The position numbers and the translations under genes are program-made. The notes beneath the pieces were generated by a model. That model had not been told where the DNA came from, did no database searches, and saw only the letters and a list, made by a program, of their open reading frames with translations. Source: Hyphomicrobiales bacterium (GTDB lineage Bacteria; Pseudomonadota; Alphaproteobacteria; Rhizobiales; Beijerinckiaceae). Taken from it: a stretch of 37,916 bases of DNA. The stretch covers positions 1-37,916 of the forward strand of contig JBBPYT010000410.1 in NCBI GenBank assembly GCA_038199665.1. Reading direction: 5' to 3'. Positions 28,452 to 37,916 of this stretch are shown piece after piece (positions within the stretch are counted from its first letter, which is position 1; every line of letters begins with the position of its first letter).

Positions 28452-29403
28452 GGGTCAGAGCGGCGAGGACAGCCAACTGTACGCCGCAAGCGGTTCGGTA
28501 AAGGCGTAGCGCCCGGCGAATATCCGCAGCGGTGGCGTCTCGACGCCCGTCTCCCATGTAGGCATCCTCGACCCGCTCGGTTCCGTAGACGCGCGGACCG
28601 GCGAGCATCAGGCCGAGTGCCCCCGCCGTTGCGGCTTCCGGCCAGCCGGCATTGGGCGAGCGGTGCTTGGAGGCGTCGCGCCACATCGCCCGCCAGGCGT
28701 TGCCGGCAGACGCGCCGGCCAGGGGAGCCGCCAATACGATCCACAGTGCGGCGAAGCGCGATGCCGGCAGATTGACGAGATCGTCGAAGCGAGCTGCCGC
28801 CCAGCCGAAGGCGGCGTAGCGGGTGCTGCGATGGCCGATCATGCTGTCGGCCGTATTGGCGGCCTTGTAGAGGGCGCCGCCGCTGAGGCCGCCGACGGCT
28901 ATCCAGAAGGCCGGGGCCACGACGCCGTCGGCGAAGTTCTCGGCGAGGCTCTCGATGGCGGCGCGTGCAATGCCGGCTTGCTCGAGCACGGCGGTGTTGC
29001 GTCCGACGATCATGGACACTGCCTCGCGGCCGGCCTCGGTACCGTCGCGCTCGAGCGCATCGGCGACGGCGCGGACGTGGACATAAAGGCTGCGCTGGGC
29101 CGGCAGACTCGCGGCGAGGAGGACCAGCACGAAGAAGCCGGCGAGTGATCGGGAGAGCACCATGTCGAGAGGCACCGTGACGAGCGCAACCGCCCCGAGC
29201 AGCAACGCCCAGGCCGCGACGCCGGCGGCGCGCCGCCTCGCAAACCCCTGCGCCGAGCCGTTCAGGCGACGGTCGAGTGCGGCCAACAGCGCACCCATCC
29301 AAGTGACGGGATGGCCGATGGCGCGGTAAAGGGGTTCGGGGTAGCCGAGGAGAGCTTCGGCGCCGAGCGAACACAGGGCAAGCGGAATCGTGACGAGCAT
29401 CAT
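28435..29403 (-). CDS. cbiB: Adenosylcobinamide-phosphate synthase CbiB (CobD in aerobic nomenclature)
   Basis: [57 protein letters not shown]. Confidence 0.95.
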   Translation of the reverse strand: MMLVTIPLALCSLGAEALLGYPEPLYRAIGHPVTWMGALLAALDRRLNGSAQGFARRRAAGVAAWALLLGAVALVTVPLDMVLSRSLAGFFVLVLLAASLPAQRSLYVHVRAVADALERDGTEAGREAVSMIVGRNTAVLEQAGIARAAIESLAENFADGVVAPAFWIAVGGLSGGALYKAANTADSMIGHRSTRYAAFGWAAARFDDLVNLPASRFAALWIVLAAPLAGASAGNAWRAMWRDASKHRSPNAGWPEAATAGALGLMLAGPRVYGTERVEDAYMGDGRRDATAADIRRALRLYRTACGVQLAVLAALTLIVRG

Positions 29404-30469
29404 GGCCGGGGAACGCGAAGGAACCGCAAGCTTCACCTACCACGGGGGGAATGTCGCCGCAGCCCGCTCGGCCTTTCCCGATGCGCCGCAGCCGTGGATC
29501 GATCTTTCGACCGGCATCAACGGCCGGCCGTATCCGATCGGCGCTCTCGAAGCGGCGAGCTTCGAGCGTCTGCCCGAGCCCGGCGCGGTCGTGGCGCTGG
29601 AAACAGCGGCGGCGTGCGCCTACGGCGCCGATCCGGCTTGCGTGATCGCGGCGCCCGGTACCCAGGCCCTGATCCAATGGCTGCAGTGGCTCTTCCCGGC
29701 CCGCCGGGTCGGCGTTCTCGGTTTCAGCTACGCGGAACATGCACGGGTTTGGGGCAGGGCGGGCGCGGTGGTCGAGGTCGTCGAGGAAGCGGCAGCGCTG
29801 GCCGGCTTCGACGTCGCCGTCGTGGTCAACCCCAACAACCCCGATGGACGCCTCGTTGCTCCCGACCGCCTGGCGGACTTGGCCGACCGCGTCGGCCTGC
29901 TCGTGGTCGACGAAGCTTTCGTGGACGTGATGCCGGACGGGAGCAGTCTCGTGCCGAAGCTGCCGTCGGCGCGAACGATCATACTGCGAAGCTTCGGCAA
30001 GACTTACGGCCTTGCGGGGCTGCGCCTTGGTTTCGCGGTGGCCTCGCCTGATCTGGCCCCGGCGATTCGGGATGCGCTTGGCCCCTGGGCCGTGGCAGGT
30101 CCGGCGCTTGCCGTCGGGTGCCGGGCTCTGGACGATTCAGGTTGGCTCAAGGACACCATTGTCCACCTTAAGGTCGAAGCCGCCCGGCTCGACGCGCTTT
30201 TGGCGAACGCGGGCGCCAGAATCGTCGGCGGCACGCCGTTGTTCCGGCTTGCCCAGGTTCGCGACGGCAAGCAATGGTTCGAGCACCTGGGCTGCGCCGG
30301 CATACTCGTGAGACCTTTCGCCGAGCGGCCCGAATGGCTGCGGTTCGGCATCCCGGCCCAGGATCGGCAATGGGAGCGGCTCTCAGCAGCACTCATTCAA
30401 GCCGGGACGCGAGCACGCCCTTTCGGGAGGCGGACTAACCGGCGAAGCGCGGTTCCGGCACACCCTTGA
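29402..30469 (+). CDS. cobC: Threonine-phosphate decarboxylase (CobC aerobic / CobD Salmonella nomenclature)
   Basis: HGG, WIDLSTGIN, PGTQALI, NPNNPDG, VDEAF, RSFGKTYGLAGLRLG. Confidence 0.93.
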   Translation: MAGEREGTASFTYHGGNVAAARSAFPDAPQPWIDLSTGINGRPYPIGALEAASFERLPEPGAVVALETAAACAYGADPACVIAAPGTQALIQWLQWLFPARRVGVLGFSYAEHARVWGRAGAVVEVVEEAAALAGFDVAVVVNPNNPDGRLVAPDRLADLADRVGLLVVDEAFVDVMPDGSSLVPKLPSARTIILRSFGKTYGLAGLRLGFAVASPDLAPAIRDALGPWAVAGPALAVGCRALDDSGWLKDTIVHLKVEAARLDALLANAGARIVGGTPLFRLAQVRDGKQWFEHLGCAGILVRPFAERPEWLRFGIPAQDRQWERLSAALIQAGTRARPFGRRTNRRSAVPAHP

Positions 30470-31310
30470 TGCCGAGATCGTGGACGGCGAACAGGCTGCC
30501 GCGCAGCACGCCATCCCCCGGAAAGCGCGGCAGCGGCGGCTTCGCCATGGAGGTCACGAAGAGCACGTCGAGGTTCGGGCCGCCGAACATCACGCTGGTC
30601 ACCTTCTTGACCGGCATCTCGATCACCCGATCGACGCTGCCGTCGGGCGCATAGCGGACCAGCTTGCCGTCGTAGACCTGGGCGTTCCAGAGGAATCCCT
30701 CGGCATCCACGGTCGAGCCGTCCGCCGCGCCGCCGCCCGAGCGGTCGAGGGTCGCGAAGGTTCGCCGGTTGGTGGCGGAACCGGTTTCGAGGTCGTAGTC
30801 GTAGACCCAGATCTCGCCGGACCAGGTGTCGGCGAAGTAGAACAGGGTTCCGTCCGGGCTCCAGCACGGGCCGTTGGAACAGATGATATCGCGGTCGAGC
30901 ACCGTTACCTTGAGGTCGGCCGACAGGCTGTAGAGAGCGCCGTTGGCGCCTTCCTCCATCGTGTCCATCGATCCGGCGACGAAGCGGCCCCGCTTGTCGA
31001 CCTTGCCGTCGTTGATGCGATTGTTGGCGAGGTCGGGTTCGGGGTCGTGGATCAGATCGACGTCGCCGGTGTCGAAATCGAGGAAGTGGAAGCCACGCTG
31101 CAGGGACACGACCGCACCGCCGCCGCGCCGCAGCGCCATGGAGCCAATCTTCTGCGGCACGTCCCAGGCGCGCAATTCGCGCCCGTCCGCGGTCGCCCGG
31201 AACACCCGGCCATCGAAGCTGTCGATCCAGTAGAGCCGTTGTTCGTCGACATCCCACAACGGGCCTTCGCCGAGGGTCGTCTTCACATCCACCAGAACTT
31301 CGATGCGCAT
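30435..31310 (-). CDS. SMP-30/gluconolactonase family protein, copy 2 (also the C-terminal half of a 592-codon fused ORF)
   Basis: Has its own ATG 31310 with GGGGAA upstream; LGEGPLWD, RINDGKVD, CSNGPCWS, ADGSTVD; ends EPRFAG-stop. Confidence 0.9.
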   Translation of the reverse strand: MRIEVLVDVKTTLGEGPLWDVDEQRLYWIDSFDGRVFRATADGRELRAWDVPQKIGSMALRRGGGAVVSLQRGFHFLDFDTGDVDLIHDPEPDLANNRINDGKVDKRGRFVAGSMDTMEEGANGALYSLSADLKVTVLDRDIICSNGPCWSPDGTLFYFADTWSGEIWVYDYDLETGSATNRRTFATLDRSGGGAADGSTVDAEGFLWNAQVYDGKLVRYAPDGSVDRVIEMPVKKVTSVMFGGPNLDVLFVTSMAKPPLPRFPGDGVLRGSLFAVHDLGIKGVPEPRFAG

Positions 31311-32213
31311 GGTCCGTTCCCCACAATCCGATTTTGAACAGCCGGCGAAACGCGGCTCGGGCACGCCGCGCACCCCCAATCCGTGCACGGCGAACAGCAT
31401 ACCGGCTTCCTTCTCGCGCGGCGGCACCCCACCGATGGGCCGCGCCATCGAGGTCACGTAGGCGATGTCGAGATCCGGACCGCCGAAGATCAGCGACGTG
31501 GCGCTTTCAACCGGCAAGCCCACCACGCGATCGAGCATGCCGTCGGGGCGGAAGCGCAAGAGGCGCCCCCGGTAGACTTCGCAGCTCCAGATCATGGCTT
31601 CGGCGTCGACGGTCGCGCCATCCGGGTAACCGGGAAAGCCCAAGGCTGCGAAATCGGCGAAGACGCGCCGATTCGAGGCCGCGCCCGTCGGCGGATCGTA
31701 ATCGTAGCGATAGATCACCCGCCTGGTCGTATCGGCGAAGTAGAGCGTGCGGCCGTCGAGGCTCCAGCACGGGCCGTTCGAGCAGATGATGCCGTCGTCC
31801 AACTGTGTGACGGCGAGGTCGGGGTCGAGACGATACAAGGCGCAGAGCGGATCGCGCTCCTCGTAATCCATGGAGCCGGCCAGGAAGCGGCCCTGCCGGT
31901 CGACCTTCCCGTCGTTGATCCGCGTGCGCGCATTTTCGGGCGCGGCCTGGGCGAGCCGCGTGACCGCCCCGGTGCGGAAGTCGAGCGCGTGGAACCCCGA
32001 GCGAAGCGAACAGACCGCGCCGCCGGTTTGGCGCAGCGCGATCGAGCCGACGTGTTCGGGCAAAGCCCAGCTCGTGCGGCCGCCGTTCGGGTCGAGACGA
32101 TGCACCGCCGGGCCATAGGAATCGATCCAGTAGAGCGCCTGCTCCTCGACATCCCAAAGCGGCCCCTCGCCCAATTGGTCGCGATCCGGGTTGACGACCT
32201 CGATCCGTAGCAT
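31311..32213 (-). CDS. SMP-30/gluconolactonase family protein, copy 1 (reads in frame into copy 2)
   Basis: AAGGA RBS and ATG 32213; LGEGPLWD, RINDGKVD, CSNGPCWS, PDGATVD. The domain ends EPRFAG and is followed by TGT (31340-31338) instead of a stop. Confidence 0.88.
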
Positions 32214-32228
32214 GGGCAAGATCCTTTC

Positions 32229-33152
32229 TCAGAAATTGACGTCGTGGCCGCCCTTGAGCGCCAGTATCTCGCGCGCATCGTCGGGCGACGCGACCTCGAG
32301 GCCGAGCCCTTCCAGGATCTTTCGTACGCGAGTCACCTGGGCCGCATTGGATTGCGCCAGCTTGCCCGGCCCATCCCACAGCGAGTCTTCGAGGCCAACC
32401 CGCACGTGACCGCCCATGGCGGCCGCCATGGCGGCGACTCGCATCTGGTTCTGGCCTGCGCCGAGCACCGACCAGCGGTAGCCGTCGCCGAACAGCCGAT
32501 CCGCGGTCCGCCGCATGTGCATCACATCTTCCGGATGCGGGCCGATGCCGCCCAGGATGCCGAACACGGTTTGCACGAAGAGCGGCGGCCTGACGAGGCC
32601 TCGATCGAGGAAATGCGCCAGATTGTAGAGATGCGCTGTATCGTAGCACTCGAACTCGAAACGCGTGCCGTTGTTCGAACAAGTCTGCAGGACGAACTCG
32701 ATGTCCGCGTAGGTGTTCTTGAAGACGAGGTCGCGACTGTTCTCCAGGGCTTGCCGCTCCCAATCGTGCTTGAAGGTCTTGTAGCGCTTCAGCATGGGAA
32801 ACAGGCCGAAGTTCATCGATCCCATGTTGAGGGAGGCGACTTCGGGCCGGAAGGCCGCGGCCGGCTGCACGCGCTCCTTCACGGTCATGTAGGGGGCGCC
32901 TCCGGTCGTCAGATTGACCACGGCATTGGTGCGCTGCTTCACGATCGGGAGGAATCTGGCGAAAGCCTCCGGCGACTGGTCGGGCCGGCCGGTCTGCGGA
33001 TCGCGCGCATGCAGATGGACGATGGCCGCACCCGCTTCTGCCGCCCCGATGGCCGCGTCGGCGATCTCTTCCGGTGTCACCGGCAGATGAGGCGACATCG
33101 AAGGCGTGTGGATCGCGCCCGTCACGGCGCAGGTGATGATGACCTTTTTCAT
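32229..33152 (-). CDS. DUF849 / beta-keto acid cleavage enzyme (3-keto-5-aminohexanoate cleavage family)
   Basis: IITCAVTG, AGAAIVHLHARD (zinc HxH), SLNMGSMNF, EFECYD, HVRVGLEDS. Confidence 0.94.
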   Translation of the reverse strand: MKKVIITCAVTGAIHTPSMSPHLPVTPEEIADAAIGAAEAGAAIVHLHARDPQTGRPDQSPEAFARFLPIVKQRTNAVVNLTTGGAPYMTVKERVQPAAAFRPEVASLNMGSMNFGLFPMLKRYKTFKHDWERQALENSRDLVFKNTYADIEFVLQTCSNNGTRFEFECYDTAHLYNLAHFLDRGLVRPPLFVQTVFGILGGIGPHPEDVMHMRRTADRLFGDGYRWSVLGAGQNQMRVAAMAAAMGGHVRVGLEDSLWDGPGKLAQSNAAQVTRVRKILEGLGLEVASPDDAREILALKGGHDVNF

Positions 33153-33194
33153 GCTGTCGTCCCTTGCTTGCCGATGTCGCGCGGCTTTGGTCGT

Positions 33195-33974
33195 TCAGAG
33201 CGATTCGACATTGCCGTCGACGCCGAGCGACTGTCCGGAGATGTTCCGCCCGGCGGGCGACAGGAGAAAAAGCACCATGGCGGCGACATCCGCCGGGCCG
33301 ACCATGCGGCGCAGCGAAACGCGGCTGAGGTATTCCTTCTCCATGTCGGCATAGGAGACGCCCACCTGCGCGGCGCGCTCGCGGATGACCCCCTCCATGC
33401 GCGGCCCGCTGACGATGCCGGGGAGGATCGCGTTGACCCGGATGCCGGCGGGTCCGAGTTCCTTGGCGAGGCTCTGCGTGAAGCCGATGACCCCCCATTT
33501 GGCCGCCGAATAGGGCGTCCGGAACGCGTAGCCGAAGCGGCCCGCCGCCGAGGACAGGTTGACGATGGCGCCTTCCCCCGCGGCCTTCAGCATCGGCACG
33601 GCGTGATGGGTGCACAGGAACTGGCCGGTAAGACAGATGTCGATGCAGCGTCGCCAATCGGCCGGCGAGATATCCTCGACCCCGCCGGTCGGCCCGGCGA
33701 TGCCGGCATTGTTGATCAGCGCATCGAGTCCGCCCAGCGTCGTGCCGATCTCCGAGAACAGCCTGGCCACATCCTCGTCGCTCGACACGTCGCAGCGGCT
33801 CGCGCCATGGCGCGGATGAGCAGCCCGGAAATCGGCCAGGAACTCGTCGGATACGTCGCAAACGTGGAGCCTCGCGCCGTGCTCGATCAATAGATCCGCG
33901 ATGGCGCGGCCGATCCCGGACGCCCCCGCCGTCACCAGAATTCTGCGGCCCGGAGCCAGGGCGAGGTCAGCCAT
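33195..33974 (-). CDS. SDR family oxidoreductase
   Basis: TAGASGIG, NNAGIAGP, NLSS, YSAAK, NAILPG, VDG. Confidence 0.93.
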   Translation of the reverse strand: MADLALAPGRRILVTAGASGIGRAIADLLIEHGARLHVCDVSDEFLADFRAAHPRHGASRCDVSSDEDVARLFSEIGTTLGGLDALINNAGIAGPTGGVEDISPADWRRCIDICLTGQFLCTHHAVPMLKAAGEGAIVNLSSAAGRFGYAFRTPYSAAKWGVIGFTQSLAKELGPAGIRVNAILPGIVSGPRMEGVIRERAAQVGVSYADMEKEYLSRVSLRRMVGPADVAAMVLFLLSPAGRNISGQSLGVDGNVESL

Positions 33975-34003
33975 GATCGTCTCGTTCTCGTCTTCGTCCG
34001 AGG

Positions 34004-36063
34004 TCAGTTCGTCTTTTCGCGCAGGGTGGTGACGGCCAGGAGCACCACGGTCCCGAACAGGATTGCGCGCATCGCATAGGGCAGGGTGGTTCCGGCCAGC
34101 AGGGTTTGTAGCGCCGTCAGCAGGAGCACGCCACCGATCATGCCGATGTAGCTGCCGCGGCCGCCGGTGATCAGCGCACCGCCGACCACCACGACGGCGA
34201 TCGAGGGCAGCAGATACTCGTCGCCCATGCCGAGGCTGGCCTGGCCCGAAAAGCCCGACAGCAGGCAGCCGACGAGAGCCGCGCAGAGCCCGGACAGGAT
34301 ATAGACCTTAACGATGGTCGAGCCGACCGGCACGCCCGAAAGCTGGGCAGCCCGCACCCCGTTGCCGATGGCGTAGACCCGCCGTCCGAAGGCCGTGCGT
34401 CCGAGCAGGACGACGGCGCCGGCGACGAACAACGCCATCATGATGACGATGGGCGTGACGCCCATGAGGTGGCCGGTCATGAACCAGCGCAGACCGGGCG
34501 AGGCGAAGCCGTCCGGCGTGCCGCCTGAATAGACCAGGGCGATCCCTTGCAGGATGCCGTTCATGGCGAGCGTCATGACGATAGGTGAAATGCCGAGTGC
34601 CACGATGCCCAGGCCATTGAGAAGGCCGACGGCGGCACCGACCGCCAGCGCGGCCGGCACGGCATAGATCATCGCCGCATCCGAACCCTTCAGCAGGCCC
34701 GCACAGAGGATGCCGCAAAAGCCGATGGTCCAGGGCAGCGACAGGTCGAGACCACCTGTCAGAATGACGGTGCCTTGGCCGAGCGCCAGAATGGCCAGGA
34801 AGCTGCCGAGCACGACCAGCGAGTTGTAGTAGTTCCAGGACAGCAGCGTATTGCCGAGCACGGCCTGCGTGACGGCGAGCACGATGACGAAGCAGGCGAA
34901 GGAGGGCAGCGCCGTGCGCAGCACGTCGGCATGGCGCACCCAATAGGGAGGCTTGGCGTAGACGGCGTCCGGTGCCGGGAGGCTGAGACGGTGATCGCGC
35001 AGCGCCGCGCGCTCCGGCGGGAGATGGTGCCGGCGGGCTTTCATGCGCCGCAGCATCGTCCGTAGCGTCGTGGCCAGAACCGACGAGCGGGAAAGAGAGG
35101 CCCCGAGCACCGCGAGAAGCAGAATGCCCCCCTCGACGATGGACGAATAGAAGGCCGGCACGTTGAGCACGAGCAGAATGTTGACGACCATCATCAGCAC
35201 GTAGGCGCCGAAGACCGTGCCGAGCGGGCCGCCGCGCCCGCCGCCCAGCAACGTCCCGCCGACCACCACCGCCGCGAACATCTGCAGCAGCATGGGGTTG
35301 CCGACGAGCGGGTCGCCGGAGCCGGTCTGGGCGCTGATGAACACGCCCGCGAGGCCGTAGAGCCCGCCCGCCAGGACGTAGACGAAGAACTCGTTGCGCC
35401 TGACCGAGAGGCCGGCGGCCCGCACCGCCTCCCGATCCGATCCAATCGCATAGATGGCCTTGCCGAAGACCGTGTTCTTGATCAGAAACCACGCACCGAG
35501 CAGAAGGCCGAGCAGCAGGATCGGCATGGGCAAGACCCCCGGCACGGCATCGCCCGTCAGCCACGGTCCGAAGGCTGCCGGGATCTGACCGCCCGGCTTC
35601 TCCATGACGAGCAGCGTCACCCCCTGCAGGATGAACATGGTCGCCAGCGTAACCACGATCGGCTGCAACCGCAGAACCGCGATGAAGAAGCCGTTGAAGG
35701 CACCGGCCAGCATGCCGATGAAGATGCCGGCGAGAGTCCACGCCAGGATGCTCGAGACGCCGTCCCCCATGTGGCTCGCCAGCGTAACGTTGACGAGCGA
35801 GATCACGGCGGCGGCGGAAAGATCGAATCCCCCGGACAGAATGACGATCGTCTGTCCGGAGGCCGCGATAGCGAGCGTGGCTCCTCCCGAGGCGAGCGTA
35901 CTCGCTTCATAATAGCCGAGCGAGCCGCCGCTGACCGCCCGGATCAGCCCGAAGCAGATCAGAAAGGCCAGAATGGCGATGATCGGCCCGCGATGGCGCC
36001 CGAGCCGCATTCTGGCGAGGCGCCCGCGGCTGGGCTGGGAGGCGGCCTGCAGCATTGCGGTGC

Positions 36064-36067
<4 letters not shown>
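34004..36067 (-). CDS. Sugar ABC transporter permease with two fused RbsC-type (BPD_transp_2) domains
   Basis: Two copies each of GQT.VILSGG.DLS, PIV.TLA, T.FG..IYAIG and A.VVVGG..L.GGRG, joined by a basic linker. Confidence 0.9.
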
Positions 36068-37638
<1,571 letters not shown>

Positions 37639-37705
37639 CGGGAAGGTCTCCGGTCGGTCCGAGATGCGGCGGCCCCCAGCCTCGCGGGGAGCGAAGCGGC
37701 CTCAT

Positions 37706-37810
37706 GCTGCGTCGTCCCGGATGCATCGCAGCGGAGATCCGGGATCGACTTCGACGACCCCGGCTGGGTCTGGGCCCCGGGCTCGGCTCGACCCCGCCCG
37801 GGGTGACAGC
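37706..37810. repeat. REP/MITE-like dumbbell palindrome, family B
   Basis: Two 8-bp perfect stems (TCCCGGAT/ATCCGGGA and CCCCGGGC/GCCCGGGG) with imperfect terminal inverted ends GTCGTCCCGG...CCGGGGTGAC. Confidence 0.6.
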
Positions 37811-37824
37811 TCAGGTCAGCCGCA

Positions 37825-37916
37825 TCAGCTTTCCGGCTGGCCCACGAGCGCCGCAGGCAACCCGAGTTCCGGCGTTTCGGCCGAATAGATCGACGCGAAC
37901 CAGCCCGGATTGGAGA
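37825..37916 (-). CDS. 3' end of a probable sugar ABC substrate-binding protein (partial)
   Basis: Open frame ...SNPGWFASIYSAETPELGLPAALVGQPES-stop entering from the right edge, upstream of the ATPase. The product is inferred from position only. Confidence 0.55.
   Translation of the reverse strand, partial: SNPGWFASIYSAETPELGLPAALVGQPES

Noticed and set aside
2958-31340. Alternative genetic code or programmed read-through suggested by two fused ORFs
   Set aside because: The junction codons are sense codons (CGA, TGT), and TGA, TAG and TAA all terminate ordinary genes here.

Overview
GC-rich, mostly core-chromosome window from an alphaproteobacterium (Hyphomicrobiales-like gene content and order). 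Left to right it holds: a partial conserved membrane-anchored protein (RgsA-like, absent from the ORF track); purA; a decayed Xre/MbcA-RES toxin-antitoxin pair; serA-serC with a serC-leader RNA; a GFA protein; hpnA; an orphan NitT/TauT-type binding protein; dapD-DUF805-dapE; a divergent carrier protein / acyl-CoA-dehydrogenase-like / amino acid:[carrier protein] ligase cluster; yidB; an SDR; a secreted ABM-like protein; ycjX-ycjF; a secreted lysozyme-fold-like protein; sixA; dksA; a FliO-like Pro-rich protein divergent from cckA across a perfect CtrA box; cobO-cobQ/cbiB/cobC; and the distal part of a sugar ABC operon with an SDR, a DUF849 beta-keto acid cleavage enzyme and two SMP-30 lactonase domains joined in one reading frame. 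No tRNA, rRNA, CRISPR array, transposase or prophage was seen. The best candidates for undescribed biology are the aminoacyl-carrier-protein cluster, the sugar/BKACE catabolic operon, the lysozyme-like protein with a Cys-bracketed insertion, and the CtrA-box/FliO-like/cckA unit. All family calls come from motifs recognised by eye; no database search was run.
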